Counted from the stretch's first letter, positions 1 to 10,864 are shown. The stretch: 32,000 nucleotides of DNA from Candidatus Nitrosopumilus koreensis AR1 (GCF_000299365.1 NC_018655.1:300001-332000), one strand, 5' to 3'. Program-made: numbers and translations. Notes: generated by a model from the sequence alone, not told the origin.

Positions 1-349
1 CAACAAATGTCTTTATTGCATCTTCTGGAACATGGTAGATGTTTCTCAATCCATCCAGAATTTCTTTTTCTCCTGCTTCGATTCTTTTTGCCATGCCAAG
101 CACCGGAGTTCCAGTATAATGAAATCCCATTGGGAATAATACGTTGTATCCTTTCATCCTGTAGAATCTTGCATGGACATCAGCTAGTGTGTATGTTCTG
201 CCGTGTCCGATGTGTTGCGGTGAGTTTGGATACGGATATGCTACTGTGATGAATTTTTTTGGTTTGTCATTTGGGTTTGTCTCAAAGTCTTTGTTCTCTT
301 GCCACTTGCTTCTCCATTTACTTTCAATTTCTGTCCAGTTAACCGTCAT
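1..349 (-). CDS. leuS: Leucyl-tRNA synthetase, N-terminal part (runs off the window start)
   Basis: Minus-strand ATG at 347-349; reads [17 protein letters not shown]...[58 protein letters not shown]. Class I synthetase with HIGH motif (HIGH) and archaeal LeuRS-like context. Confidence 0.93.
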   Translation of the reverse strand, partial: MTVNWTEIESKWRSKWQENKDFETNPNDKPKKFITVAYPYPNSPQHIGHGRTYTLADVHARFYRMKGYNVLFPMGFHYTGTPVLGMAKRIEAGEKEILDGLRNIYHVPEDAIKTFV

Positions 350-353
350 TATA

Positions 354-3023
354 TCATCCTAAAATCATTGATTTTGCTTTGGCTATTGCCTCGTCTTTTT
401 TAGATGTGTCTTTTCCTCCACCTTGTGCAAATTTGGCATCTCCTCCTCCAGAACCGCCCAAAATTGAGGCTACCTCTCGTGCAATGTCGCCTGCATTTAC
501 GCCTGAATTAGATCCTGTGTAGACCATCACTCTAACTGTGGGACCAGCTTCGAAGATTCCACAAAATGCAGCAGAATCATCTTTGCCAACCAGTTTCTTG
601 CCAAAGTTCTGGTGGAAATAATCATCATAATCAGGACTGGCTGTAAAACACAATTTTCCCTTTGTATGTATGCCGTCAGACTCTACTGATTCTCCAGCCA
701 GAATCTTTTCTAGCAGTACGGGAATCTTTTCTCTGGCCTTTGCCTTGTTTTCTTCACGTTGTTTTTCTAGTTGCTCTTTTTGTTTTGCTTCTTCAGCTTT
801 GCGCTTTAATTCTGCTTCTTGTTTCTTTTCATACTCAAATGCGCCAGGACCTGAAACAAACTCCAAACGAACTACTCCGTCCTGAATGCGTTTTGTTTTT
901 GTAATCTTGATTAGTTGTATGTCTCCGGTTTTCTTTACATGAGTTCCACCACAAGCCTCAACGTCTTGGTCTTCAATGGACACAATCCTTACAGCTTTTA
1001 CTGGAACAACACCTCCCTGATAGATTCTAAATCCATATGTCTGCTCTGCAGTTCCCCTGTCGTAATAGTCAATGTTTACGTTAAGATTTTGTTTTACCAT
1101 AGAGTTTGCAGCATCTTCGATTTTCTTTACTTCATCATCAGAAAGCGAAGAGTGGTGTGTGATATCTAGTCTGGCATGATCGTCTTCTTTGAAAGCTGAA
1201 TGCTGCCAAATCCAAGAACCCAAAACTCTACGAGATGATGCATTTAGGATGTGAGTGCTGGTGTGGTTTTTAGTAATGTTTGAGCGTCTTGTTTCATCTA
1301 CTTTGCATGAAACTGTCTCTCCTTCTTTTGGAGTTCCACCTTCTAGCTTGTGAACTATAATGTTTGCATGTTTGTCTACATCAATTACTTTGAATCCTGC
1401 AATGGTGCCATGGTCTGGCTCTTGGCCTCCTCCTCGTGCATAAAATGATGTTCTATCTAATACAACCATGTCATCAATTACCTTGAGTACCTTGGCTGAA
1501 AACTCCATTGGGTCGTCTTTGTAAAATAGCGTCTCAGTTTCAGGCAGTCCTTCTAGAGGAAGTTCTGCAACTGCCTTTTTCTTGTCTGACTGGTGCAAAT
1601 CAGATAGTTTGGAGTAAAATGATGATGGAATCTCAGATATGGCATCAACTTCCTTGAGGTATTCAGGAGTGATTCCGTCTGATTCGTAAAATGTAATGAG
1701 TTCATCGACTGTTGGTGTTCCTTTCTCTTTTATCTTGTCTGCCTTTTTCTTCATGTGAACCTTGGATTCTTCATACCTTTGAGATTCCAGTTTTAGTATT
1801 GTCTTGACATCATCTCTCTTTTCATCAAGCTCAGGATACGTGTCCTTGAGATAGTCAACATGTGAATCAATCAAGTCATCAATGTCAAGTTTCAAGTTTA
1901 GTTTGGATATAGTTGCATTAATTCTGCGCAACATCATTCTCAGGTTATATCCTCCGCCAACATTTGATGGAAGTGCACCATCTGTTATTGCAAATATCAA
2001 AGTACGTAGATGATCTGCAATAAGATACATTCCTTCTAGTGGTGTGATCATCTTTTGCATCTGCTTATCTGTGATTCCAGCATTTTTTACTGCAAGACGT
2101 CTTACTTGGTTGAGATCATCGTAATGATCAATCTCCTTTGCAATCTCTGTAAAGTACTTGCGCAAAATTTCTGAATCAGAGTCAATTCCTATTGTGTTGA
2201 AGAGCTTTTGATTAATTGGACCAAAGCAACAGTCATACGCAGTTGGTGTTCCCATGGTAATCCATGCAAATCTCTCAAGTCCAGCTCCCATGTCAATTAC
2301 TCGCTGGTCTAGTGTTGTGTGTTTTCCTAGTTCTCCTTGGAATTCAGTAAACACTGCGTTTCCAAGCTCCAGCCCTCTAACAAAATACTCCAGTGATGGG
2401 CCAAACGAGCCACCACCTGCCCACACATCTTCAACAAAGACCACTTCGTCTTTGTTTATTCCAAACTGCTCAGTCAGTAATCTGTAATCCAAATCAACAC
2501 ATTCATCTTTCCAGTATCCTCCTAAATCCGGAACACTGTGCTGTCCTATCATGCAAAAAGATGAAAAATGTCTTCCTGTTACACCGACATTCTCCAAATC
2601 CTTGAATCTCAGACATGTCTGCGGAACTACTAATGGATTTGCGGGAAACTCAAAGACAACTTTGGAGCCCATTATTCTTTGAAAATCAACAACTGATGCA
2701 ATTGTAAAGTACAAGTCATCACGCCATCTGCAAACTACTGGATAGCGGCTAACCGAAGTGTGATTGTTTTTTACAAAAAACTCTTCTACCTGCTTCCATG
2801 ATTGGGTGTAATCAAATCTTTTACTAGTTGGAGGATTTCCGATAAATGAATACGTGTCCAATCCGTCATCTGGACACAAGTCTCTGTCTGCATTCAGAGT
2901 CCAAAAGAATCTGCCACATTTTGCACATGACTTTCTGACAAATCCTTGTTCTTGGAACAGTTTGACGTTATAGTATTTGTCAGGATCTGCTGAAAATTCT
3001 TTTAGAATCTCTTTTTTGTCCAA
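354..3023 (-). CDS. alaS: Alanyl-tRNA synthetase, archaeal type
   Basis: 889 aa ORF; class II AlaRS catalytic region, editing-domain motif [30 protein letters not shown], and C-terminal [17 protein letters not shown]. Ends 4 nt before the leuS start on the same strand. Confidence 0.97.
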   Translation of the reverse strand: MDKKEILKEFSADPDKYYNVKLFQEQGFVRKSCAKCGRFFWTLNADRDLCPDDGLDTYSFIGNPPTSKRFDYTQSWKQVEEFFVKNNHTSVSRYPVVCRWRDDLYFTIASVVDFQRIMGSKVVFEFPANPLVVPQTCLRFKDLENVGVTGRHFSSFCMIGQHSVPDLGGYWKDECVDLDYRLLTEQFGINKDEVVFVEDVWAGGGSFGPSLEYFVRGLELGNAVFTEFQGELGKHTTLDQRVIDMGAGLERFAWITMGTPTAYDCCFGPINQKLFNTIGIDSDSEILRKYFTEIAKEIDHYDDLNQVRRLAVKNAGITDKQMQKMITPLEGMYLIADHLRTLIFAITDGALPSNVGGGYNLRMMLRRINATISKLNLKLDIDDLIDSHVDYLKDTYPELDEKRDDVKTILKLESQRYEESKVHMKKKADKIKEKGTPTVDELITFYESDGITPEYLKEVDAISEIPSSFYSKLSDLHQSDKKKAVAELPLEGLPETETLFYKDDPMEFSAKVLKVIDDMVVLDRTSFYARGGGQEPDHGTIAGFKVIDVDKHANIIVHKLEGGTPKEGETVSCKVDETRRSNITKNHTSTHILNASSRRVLGSWIWQHSAFKEDDHARLDITHHSSLSDDEVKKIEDAANSMVKQNLNVNIDYYDRGTAEQTYGFRIYQGGVVPVKAVRIVSIEDQDVEACGGTHVKKTGDIQLIKITKTKRIQDGVVRLEFVSGPGAFEYEKKQEAELKRKAEEAKQKEQLEKQREENKAKAREKIPVLLEKILAGESVESDGIHTKGKLCFTASPDYDDYFHQNFGKKLVGKDDSAAFCGIFEAGPTVRVMVYTGSNSGVNAGDIAREVASILGGSGGGDAKFAQGGGKDTSKKDEAIAKAKSMILG

Positions 3024-3094
3024 TGTTGATGCCTGCCATATCCCAATATTAAGAACTGTCGATTACCAACGTCTGCATATCTTAAGATTTGGTT

Positions 3095-4420
3095 TTAGAC
3101 TAGCATGTGAACCCAAGAGATTTGTGCCCTTCTTCTATCTGCACCTGATTCACAAACTGTACACTCTGCAACAAACTCAAGTGACAAATCTTCATAATTA
3201 GTAATTGATTTTTGTTGCTCTAATGTCAAAATATTTCTTGTCAAAGTAAAACCCGTATCAATATTCAGATGTGTCCATTGTGCAATTGTTCGTGTTCCCT
3301 GGTATAATGTGACCGTAACTTTGATCTCACTTCCACCTGCAATATCTTTGCCTAAAGTATACCATATGTAATGACTGTGATCTGGAGTAACTCCTGCATA
3401 TGTTGTCATATCAAAACCAATAGAGGTATTTGTACTGGGTCCTGTACCTCCCAGTCTATTTGAGCGGATATAGTCTGTATCATCTCTTTGTAACTCATCG
3501 ACATCATCATACATTACAGAGTTGTTGTTTCCTCCACCGTCATTCCACCCTGCTCCGCCAATGTCTGCAGTTGGTGTAAAGTGTCTGAAATTGGCATCTT
3601 GTTTTGTTTCTAATATGTAAAGTGGCTTTATCTCACTTGCAGTACTGTTTTGATATTGTACGGAATACATTACATTGTATTGTCCTGCAGGAGCTATTTC
3701 CTTTGGTAATTTTCCTTCAAACCATCCAAATTTGTTTGTCTCTCCATTGGTTTCATATGCTGGCAACCCATGTCTGTCAAATACTTTGATTGATACATTG
3801 GCGCCACTTATCTGACCTCCATTTACATTCCATTCATTTGTTGGATTTTGTTTTTTGTCGTACAACTTTGTTGCAAACACATACTGCTGGTCTTCAAAAA
3901 TACGATATGAGCCTTTTACCAAAAACAAGAGCTCAGGTAGCTTTGGTTCTGATTTTGATTCTATTGGAATTTTTTCTGGCGTGTCTTTTAGAATAATTCG
4001 TGCTACCTCTCCTATGTTTTTTAGATGATAACGTTGATCTGAATGGGCATGAACAGTAACTTCATACAAACTCCCATTTGAGATCCTTTCTAGAAACCTA
4101 CCAATTACAAAAACTTTAATTTTATCATCAAAATCTTCTGCATATCCTGACATGAAAAACAACTTATCATTACTCAAAAAACTTCCTTTCCACTTATCAA
4201 CAACATCGTAGTTTTTTCCTTTAAGCAATACAAAACCTTCATCAATTATCACCTGTCTGTTATTGGTTGACTCTATCTCGTAAAACTCTAGATAAACATC
4301 CTCTATTATTCCCTCTTTTCCCTCAACAAATAGAGAAAATCTTTCAGTATCATCAAAAAACAAACCTGATACAAATAGTAACGGTATCACTAGTAATGTG
4401 AAAAACAATTCTAGACCCAA
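3095..4420 (-). CDS. Hypothetical secreted or membrane-anchored protein with Ig-like segments
   Basis: 441 aa ORF with N-terminal hydrophobic signal-like segment (MGLELFFTLLVIPLLFVSGLFF). The initiator codon appears to be TTG. Contains a beta-rich segment YVFATKLYDKKQNPTNEWNVNGGQISGANVSIKVFD. Confidence 0.75.
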   Translation of the reverse strand: MGLELFFTLLVIPLLFVSGLFFDDTERFSLFVEGKEGIIEDVYLEFYEIESTNNRQVIIDEGFVLLKGKNYDVVDKWKGSFLSNDKLFFMSGYAEDFDDKIKVFVIGRFLERISNGSLYEVTVHAHSDQRYHLKNIGEVARIILKDTPEKIPIESKSEPKLPELLFLVKGSYRIFEDQQYVFATKLYDKKQNPTNEWNVNGGQISGANVSIKVFDRHGLPAYETNGETNKFGWFEGKLPKEIAPAGQYNVMYSVQYQNSTASEIKPLYILETKQDANFRHFTPTADIGGAGWNDGGGNNNSVMYDDVDELQRDDTDYIRSNRLGGTGPSTNTSIGFDMTTYAGVTPDHSHYIWYTLGKDIAGGSEIKVTVTLYQGTRTIAQWTHLNIDTGFTLTRNILTLEQQKSITNYEDLSLEFVAECTVCESGADRRRAQISWVHMLV

Positions 4421-4554
4421 TACGCAACTAATACGTTATTTGGTTAAAAGCATTAAGCATGTTTTGTAGTTGCAAGGTGTTGTCTTGTTTAAAATTTCAA
4501 CTCAAAGCCTGAATGCAACCATATTTTAAAATGGAATGAATTCTCAACTATTTT

Positions 4555-5505
4555 ATGAAAGCCACATTTTTTGATGGAACGCAAATAAAGTTTGATGAAA
4601 ACTATCCTGACCCAAAACCTGGTGAGTGTTTGGTTAGAATAAGTCTTGCTGGAATTTGTGGAACAGACCTTGAAATTTTAGATGGATACATGGAGTATAA
4701 TGGAGTGTTGGGCCATGAGTTTGTTGGTGTGGTAGAAAAATCAGAGAACCAAGAACTGGTTGGAAAAAGAGTGGTAGGTGAGATTAATGCCGGCTGCAAT
4801 AATTGCGATTACTGCAAAAAGGGACTGCAAAGACACTGTCCTAACAGAACTGTTCTGGGAATTCTAAAACGAGATGGTGCATTTGCTGAATTCTTATCTT
4901 TGCCTGAACAAAATCTGCATGTGATTCCTGATTCAATCTCTGATGAACAGGCAGTGTTTGTTGAACCACTTGCTGCAGCATTTGAAATCAAAGAACAAGT
5001 ATCACTAAACCCTGATTGGAAGGTTGCAGTTGTGGGTGATGGCAGACTGGCACAGATGATATGCCAAGTCCTAAAGTTGTCTTGTCATGATGTTACATGC
5101 TTTGGCAGACACCAAAACAAACTTGCATTGCTAGAAAGATTTGAGATTCCAACTAGAATTGGAATAGATGATGCTGATAATCAGTCATGTGACTTGGTAG
5201 TAGAGGCTACTGGTAGTAACTCTGGATTCTCTGATGCCATGAAGCTTGTAAAGCCCCGAGGAACTGTGATACTAAAATCCACAATCGCATCAAGGGAGAA
5301 TCTTGATTTGACACCTACTGTAGTAAATGAGATAACATTGATTGGATCTCGCTGTGGATTGTTCAAACCCGCAATTGATGCACTAGCAACTGGAATCATT
5401 TCAGTTGATTCAATGATTGATTCTACTTTTCCACTAGAAAAGTTCTCAGAGGCAATTAATCATGCAAAAAAACCTGAAACACTCAAGGTCTTTCTAAAAC
5501 CCTGA
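4555..5505 (+). CDS. Zinc-dependent medium-chain alcohol dehydrogenase family protein
   Basis: AGICGTDLEILDG, GHEFVGVV, structural-zinc Cys cluster GCNNCDYCKKGLQRHC, Rossmann region VAVVGDGRLAQMI. Confidence 0.9.
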   Translation: MKATFFDGTQIKFDENYPDPKPGECLVRISLAGICGTDLEILDGYMEYNGVLGHEFVGVVEKSENQELVGKRVVGEINAGCNNCDYCKKGLQRHCPNRTVLGILKRDGAFAEFLSLPEQNLHVIPDSISDEQAVFVEPLAAAFEIKEQVSLNPDWKVAVVGDGRLAQMICQVLKLSCHDVTCFGRHQNKLALLERFEIPTRIGIDDADNQSCDLVVEATGSNSGFSDAMKLVKPRGTVILKSTIASRENLDLTPTVVNEITLIGSRCGLFKPAIDALATGIISVDSMIDSTFPLEKFSEAINHAKKPETLKVFLKP

Positions 5506-5535
5506 TTCAAATTTTGGGGATTAATTAAATACAGA

Positions 5536-5949
5536 ATGGTATCAATAACTGTGTTGACTGAAAACCAATTGTCTGTTGAAAACATGAAAGAACGAATAAC
5601 TGACATTGTGTCTATTCCTGAGATTAGATTCTGTGGATTGATTGACAGCACTGGTGAATTGGTTATGGGACGTATGGATGACAATATCATGCCATTAATG
5701 ACTGACAAACAAAGAAGAAAGCTATTCCAAGAGTTGGCACACAGAGTTTCAAACAGAACTGGCTTTGATGCTGATTTTGGTAGGGTAAAGTATTCTTCTT
5801 CTAGACGGGAAAAAATAGTGATGATGAGCTTTCCACTTGGAACTCATATTATTTTGGTTATTGCAGAGCCAAGTGTGAATATTGACAGACTTGCTTGGGA
5901 TGTTCTAAACAAACTAGGAAGACAATGGGCAGATTTTGATGGATTCTAA
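5536..5949 (+). CDS. Conserved hypothetical protein, 137 aa
   Basis: Intact ORF with ATG downstream of an AT-rich promoter-like stretch. Sequence ...IPEIRFCGLIDSTGELVMGRMDD... recalls small thaumarchaeal paralogous families, possibly roadblock-like in fold (inference). Confidence 0.75.
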   Translation: MVSITVLTENQLSVENMKERITDIVSIPEIRFCGLIDSTGELVMGRMDDNIMPLMTDKQRRKLFQELAHRVSNRTGFDADFGRVKYSSSRREKIVMMSFPLGTHIILVIAEPSVNIDRLAWDVLNKLGRQWADFDGF

Positions 5950-7175
5950 TTTTTAGAAACTGTTCCTCTCTCTAAAAGATAAGAATATGCATTAACTGCT
6001 TCTTGCTTTGAAATCAAACCGTCAATATGCCATTTTGTAATGTTTTGTATCCATGAAGGACTGTTTTCATAGTCATACAGTGATGTGATTCTTAAAATTT
6101 TATCATCATACAGATTTGGATTGCCTCGTCCGTCTTGGTTGCTAGTCATAAAGTATAATCCATCAGGACCACTTGTAACATCTCTGATTCTTCCAAATTC
6201 TCCAGAAAATAATTTGCTGTGAGATACAACATTGAAACTCTCATCAAACTCTACCATGTGAATGTGCTGACCTCTAAGTGCAGCTACAAAATATTTTCCA
6301 AAAAACATTGGCATGTCTTTTTCATAGTAGAATGTAGAACCTGATGGTGCCCAAGTATCATCACCTGAATGCAAAACTGGATTTGTCAATCCATTTTTAC
6401 TCTCATCTCCAATTACATCTGGCCACCCATAGTTTGCACCTTTCTGTATTAGATTAATTTCATCATGTGCAGTTCCTCGCCATCCAGAAGGGCCGTGCTC
6501 TGTTGCAACTAGATTTCCTGACTCATCCCATGCAATTCCCTGTGAATTACGATGCCCAATAGAGTATATTGCTGAACCAAATGGATTGTCCTCTGGTATT
6601 GTTCCATCTGGATTTATTCGCAATATTTTTCCTGCAACTGAATTCACATCTTGTGAGAGTTCTGGGTTTCCTGCATCGCCTGTTGTAACATACAGCATTC
6701 TGTCTGGTCCGAACTTTATTCTCCCGCCATCATGATATGGCGCACCTGGAATTCCTTCAAGTAAAACCTTGTCTTCAGTTAGTATGTTGTTTGATTCAAC
6801 ATATCGTACTAGTTTATTTTTGATTCCAAGTAATTCATTGTAAGTATAGTAAACATAGACGTAATGGTTCTCATCAAAGTTGGGATCCAATGCAATTCCT
6901 AACATCCCTCCTTCTCCGCCTCCAACATCAAGTGACATGATCTGATTTATCTGTCCATTTTCAATTACATTTATGGCTCCAGTTCTTTCAGTAAAGAAAA
7001 TTCTGCCATCTGATGCAAAATCAATCCCCCATGGAACAGAAAGATTATCTGCAATTACATCGACTTTTACTCCAAGCTCTGGATAGTCTTCTGCATACGC
7101 ATTTGCTATACCAAACAATGTTATTGCAAACATGACAAAGATGATATTTTTCATGTTGTGTATGTTGTTGTACAT
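5946..7175 (-). CDS. Secreted PQQ-dependent (glucose/sorbosone/aldose) sugar dehydrogenase family protein
   Basis: VKVDVIADNLSVPWGIDFASDGRIFFTERTGAINVI...GGGEGGMLGIALDP...YHDGGRIKFGPDRMLYVTTGDAG...YSIGHRNSQGIAWDESGNLVATEHGPSG. Signal peptide begins at an internal Met (about 7154). Confidence 0.92.
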   Translation of the reverse strand: MYNNIHNMKNIIFVMFAITLFGIANAYAEDYPELGVKVDVIADNLSVPWGIDFASDGRIFFTERTGAINVIENGQINQIMSLDVGGGEGGMLGIALDPNFDENHYVYVYYTYNELLGIKNKLVRYVESNNILTEDKVLLEGIPGAPYHDGGRIKFGPDRMLYVTTGDAGNPELSQDVNSVAGKILRINPDGTIPEDNPFGSAIYSIGHRNSQGIAWDESGNLVATEHGPSGWRGTAHDEINLIQKGANYGWPDVIGDESKNGLTNPVLHSGDDTWAPSGSTFYYEKDMPMFFGKYFVAALRGQHIHMVEFDESFNVVSHSKLFSGEFGRIRDVTSGPDGLYFMTSNQDGRGNPNLYDDKILRITSLYDYENSPSWIQNITKWHIDGLISKQEAVNAYSYLLERGTVSKN

Positions 7176-7230
7176 TACGAATTCACACTAGTTATACAGC
7201 CAAATAATAAAAACAATCTATATCTTGTTT

Positions 7231-8829
7231 TTATTTTTCTTGATTTCTTGGCAGTGTTATTGTAAATGTGGTGGGATTGTTCTTAACTGAAATGGTTCCA
7301 CCATGTTGTTCTATGATACTCTTACAGCTTGCAAGACCAAGTCCTGTTCCTTCCTGCTTTGTTGTAAATAATGGCTCAAATATTTTTTCTAGTTCTTTTT
7401 CTGGTATAGGCTCACCTGTGTTGCTAATTTCTATTTTGACTGAATCATAGTCTGGTTTTACATTGATTCTTATCTTTCCTACCTTTGAGTCTATGGCATA
7501 GATTGCGTTTGTTATGATGTTAATAAACACAATTCTGATCATGTGGTGATCACATACTATTTCTTCATCTGTTGCAGTTTTCTCAACTGTGATATTTTCT
7601 GGAATCTTTAGGCTCTCTAATGCTGAATCAATTATTGCAGACACTGCCATCTTTTCTAATTTTAATGGCTTTTGCTGTACATAGTCAAGCACGTTGTTTA
7701 CTTGGTAGCCTATTCTTTGTATGGACTCGGTAATTGAATCTCCATACTTTTGGAATCTTTTTGAAATCTCAGGATCATTTCTCAAAATGTCTACAGTCAT
7801 CTGAATCACTGATAATGGGTTTCGTATGTCGTGTGCAAGACGTGATGCAAGATGTCCTATTGTGGCAATTTTTTCAGTTTTTTGCATCTCTTCTAACTGT
7901 TTTATGATTATCTTTCCTTTCTCTTTGGATTTGTTAATGTATAAAATTGTAAAAAATATTGATACTAGCACTAGAATCAAAAATACTGGAACGACAAAAT
8001 CATAGACATAAAATAACTGCTTTGTATCTGATGCTGATTGCAATAGAATTAACTCTGAGAAATCGGTAGTCTCGGCTTCTCCCATTTCGACTGAGACATG
8101 TTTGCCATCTTTTATTACATACATGTCCCAAGTAATTGCAAACTCTATAGTTTTGCCTGTTACTGGTTCTATGCTGGTCTTGCATGTCTGATCAGCATAC
8201 ACTATATCTGGTAAAAATTCTGGCCATGCTTGGGAAAAGTCATCTCCAATACTTTCACATGAAAACTCATAGACCTCAAGATTACCTATCTGTTTTGTTC
8301 CTTCAAAGACAAACATAGCTGGGACTTCCATGTTTGGATCAAATAGAAAATAATCTTGTTTTTGAACATTTGCTGGGAATATGAAATACAATTCATCGTG
8401 ATCAACATGTTTTCTTGTAGTAGAGTCAACATAGTATGTGTTGTAATTCTCGTAGATTGTTTCACCTGTAATGATATCTTTGGTAATGTAAGATGATTCT
8501 ATCTCCAAAATACTACCACTTTGATTTACTATTTTATATTCTAGAAAATCACTTGAGATGATTGGTTCTGATAATTTATCTCCTATGTTTTCTGCATATG
8601 CGTCCTCTCCTAGATATTCTCTAATGTCTTCAAAAGCTGCTGAATTATTTTTTAGCATAGGTGTTGCAATCAGTATCCAACTTGCAACAATTATGACTCC
8701 TATTATAGAAAATAAAATCAAACCTACTGGTTTTTTGCCATTTTTCATATGATCATCATTTTTTCTGAATCGTATAAACCAGATCCTTTTTGATACCCAT
8801 AAATACAGAACACCATTCAGTGTATTCAT
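7231..8829 (-). CDS. Membrane-bound sensor histidine kinase with a large extracytoplasmic domain
   Basis: H-box SRLAHDIRNPLSVIQ, N-box NIITNAIYAID, G-boxes TKQEGTGLGLASCKSIIEQHGG; TM helices near the N terminus and at FVVPVFLILVLVSIFFTILYI. Probable true start is Met28 (about 8748). Confidence 0.93.
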   Translation of the reverse strand: MNTLNGVLYLWVSKRIWFIRFRKNDDHMKNGKKPVGLILFSIIGVIIVASWILIATPMLKNNSAAFEDIREYLGEDAYAENIGDKLSEPIISSDFLEYKIVNQSGSILEIESSYITKDIITGETIYENYNTYYVDSTTRKHVDHDELYFIFPANVQKQDYFLFDPNMEVPAMFVFEGTKQIGNLEVYEFSCESIGDDFSQAWPEFLPDIVYADQTCKTSIEPVTGKTIEFAITWDMYVIKDGKHVSVEMGEAETTDFSELILLQSASDTKQLFYVYDFVVPVFLILVLVSIFFTILYINKSKEKGKIIIKQLEEMQKTEKIATIGHLASRLAHDIRNPLSVIQMTVDILRNDPEISKRFQKYGDSITESIQRIGYQVNNVLDYVQQKPLKLEKMAVSAIIDSALESLKIPENITVEKTATDEEIVCDHHMIRIVFINIITNAIYAIDSKVGKIRINVKPDYDSVKIEISNTGEPIPEKELEKIFEPLFTTKQEGTGLGLASCKSIIEQHGGTISVKNNPTTFTITLPRNQEK

Positions 8830-9337
8830 GTTTGGAAAGAAACCTCAACTCAAAGAAGGAGTTCATGTATTTTCTGTTAAAAAAAATGGGGATTATAATG
8901 ACTTTATCTTTGCAACAGTCACTGGAATTGAAGGCAGAAAGGTTGGAGTCAGCGGTGTTATTGTAAATCCTGTTGGTCTGAAAAACAAACTAGAACAGGG
9001 AAAGACTGGAGAACGTTCAAGGGAAATTCTGGAGAATCCCACACCTGACAATGTAGTGTTGGCTCTGGTGTATAGAGTTGAGCATGAAAACTTTGCAGAT
9101 GTGTTGGATCTTGATAAAGACAAATGTGATATTATCCCACCTAAGGTATATGCAATGCTTGATGGATGGATTCGTGAATCATTGCCTGAATTTATCAATA
9201 CAGTACTATCTCTTCCTCCAGGAGCAGAACGTGATGAAGCAAAAAGAGTGCTAAAAAATAGAATGGACACTCTGATTGATAAGAATCTGAAACGTACACT
9301 TTACTCTGTGTGTAGAAGTCTCAAAATCCTAAACTAG
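8828..9337 (+). CDS. Conserved hypothetical protein, 169 aa
   Basis: Intact ATG ORF beginning MFGKKPQLKEGVHVFSVKKNGDYNDFIFATVTGIEGRKVG, followed 58 nt later by L12. Confidence 0.75.
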   Translation: MFGKKPQLKEGVHVFSVKKNGDYNDFIFATVTGIEGRKVGVSGVIVNPVGLKNKLEQGKTGERSREILENPTPDNVVLALVYRVEHENFADVLDLDKDKCDIIPPKVYAMLDGWIRESLPEFINTVLSLPPGAERDEAKRVLKNRMDTLIDKNLKRTLYSVCRSLKILN

Positions 9338-9362
9338 ATTCTAGGCACAAGTTCACAGTAGT

Positions 9363-9370
9363 TTTATATT
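9363..9370 (+). promoter_or_regulatory. Probable archaeal TATA box for ribosomal protein L12
   Basis: tttatatt about 25-32 nt upstream of the ATG at 9395, consistent with a near-leaderless transcript. Confidence 0.5.
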
Positions 9371-9394
9371 ATCGGCCATGAAAATCTCGATACA

Positions 9395-9703
9395 ATGGAA
9401 TATGTTTACGCTGCTTTACTTCTTCACAAACTAGACAAAGAAGTTAACGAGGCAAACGTCAGCTCAGTTGTTAAAGCATCTGGCGCTGAAGTTAATGAAG
9501 CCCAAGTTAAAGCACTAGTTGCAGCCTTAGCCGATGTCAACATCGATGAGGCAGTCAAAGCCGCACCTGTAGCAGTTGCAGCAGCAGCCGCACCAGCAGC
9601 AGATGCAGCAGCCGGTGGTGAAGCAAAGGCCGAGGAAAAACCTAAAGACGAAGGTAAAACCGAAGAAGCAGCCATGGAAGGATTATCTTCATTATTTGGC
9701 TAA
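9395..9703 (+). CDS. rpl12: Archaeal large-subunit ribosomal protein L12 / P1
   Basis: [45 protein letters not shown], Ala-rich hinge, terminal acidic/Lys region and GLSSLFG tail. Confidence 0.96.
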   Translation: MEYVYAALLLHKLDKEVNEANVSSVVKASGAEVNEAQVKALVAALADVNIDEAVKAAPVAVAAAAAPAADAAAGGEAKAEEKPKDEGKTEEAAMEGLSSLFG

Positions 9704-9784
9704 ACGAGTTTACTTTTCTCAAATCTATTTTTGATCTCCATTTTTATCAATTCTTAATTAGCAACGTTACGATGTTTGCATTAA

Positions 9785-10417
9785 ATGGTAGATTTTTCAT
9801 TTGAATTAGGATCGTTTATCTCTGTTTTAGATTACTTGGGAACTATTGCATTTGCAATAACGGGGGCTTCTAAAGCAATTGCGCACAACGCTGATATTTT
9901 TGGAATAATTGTGCTAGCAAGTGTAGTTGGAGTTGCTGGAGGAATAACACGTGATGTAATATTTGGCAGATTTCCAACCGCATTCTCTGATCCAATATAC
10001 ATCAGTTTGACTGTATCTGCAGGAATTGCGATGTTCTTTTTGTATTCAAAACTCAAACGACAGATGGGAACTTGGCTTGTCTTTGATGCAGTTGGACTGG
10101 GTGTGTTTTCTATAATTGGCGCATCTGTTGCACATCAGGTAGTTGGATTAGAGTTTCTTCCAATGCTGTTTGCTGGAGTTGTAACTGCAATTGGTGGTGG
10201 AATACTTCGAGATGTGTTTGTCAGAGAAATTCCAATTGTCTTTGTAAAAGAAGTGTATGCTGTGGCAAGTGTAATTGGTATTGTAGTGTTTTATGCAATG
10301 TTGGCTTATGATATGGATATTCAAATCTCATCAATATCTGGTATTGTTGTTGCAACTGGAATACGATTGTTGGCCATGAAATACAACTGGAATCTGCCCA
10401 AAGTCAAAGAGACTTGA
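9785..10417 (+). CDS. UPF0126 / TRIC-type cation channel family membrane protein
   Basis: DYLGTIAFAITGASKAI...VVGVAGGITRDVIFGRFP...FDAVGLGVFSIIGA...VVTAIGGGILRDVFVREIP, a tandem duplicated GG-x-xRDV motif typical of the family. Confidence 0.92.
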   Translation: MVDFSFELGSFISVLDYLGTIAFAITGASKAIAHNADIFGIIVLASVVGVAGGITRDVIFGRFPTAFSDPIYISLTVSAGIAMFFLYSKLKRQMGTWLVFDAVGLGVFSIIGASVAHQVVGLEFLPMLFAGVVTAIGGGILRDVFVREIPIVFVKEVYAVASVIGIVVFYAMLAYDMDIQISSISGIVVATGIRLLAMKYNWNLPKVKET

Positions 10418-10864
10418 GTATTTTTTGAAATAGGCACCCCGAATGGTTTGATTCTGTTTTAAGTATAACAAAATAGAACTATTACGCAATGCCAAAAAGA
10501 AAGGATCTGCCATTTCACCCAATAAATCCTAGAATTGCCCCTAGTCATCAAGATTCCTAGAAAGATGATTAATGCGTATCTTTCATTCTTTTGGCAGAGT
10601 TTCATTCGAACTAACAATTAGTTTTGTTAGCTTGTGACCTATTTTCTATCTGGAATTGATATTCTTGTAGAAAACATATTGAACAAAATTACCATTTTTG
10701 ATATGAGGCACTCCGCCTAATTCACTTTTCATTCAAGTATAACTTTATGCTATAATCCTACATGTTTGCTAGAAAGGCAATATTGTATCATCTGAATATA
10801 GAAGATTCAGAATATGACAATCTGTTTGATGATTCAAAGACTATTCTCAAAATGGAGGATTATT

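Noticed and set aside
662-2605. Plus-strand ORFs antisense to alaS (662-904, 670-885, 2254-2487, 2393-2605)
   Set aside because: They lie opposite a well-supported alaS frame and have low-complexity translations with no initiation signals.
10331-10522. 63-aa minus ORF overlapping the 3' end of the UPF0126 gene
   Set aside because: It overlaps a confident CDS and its translation has no conserved-looking features.
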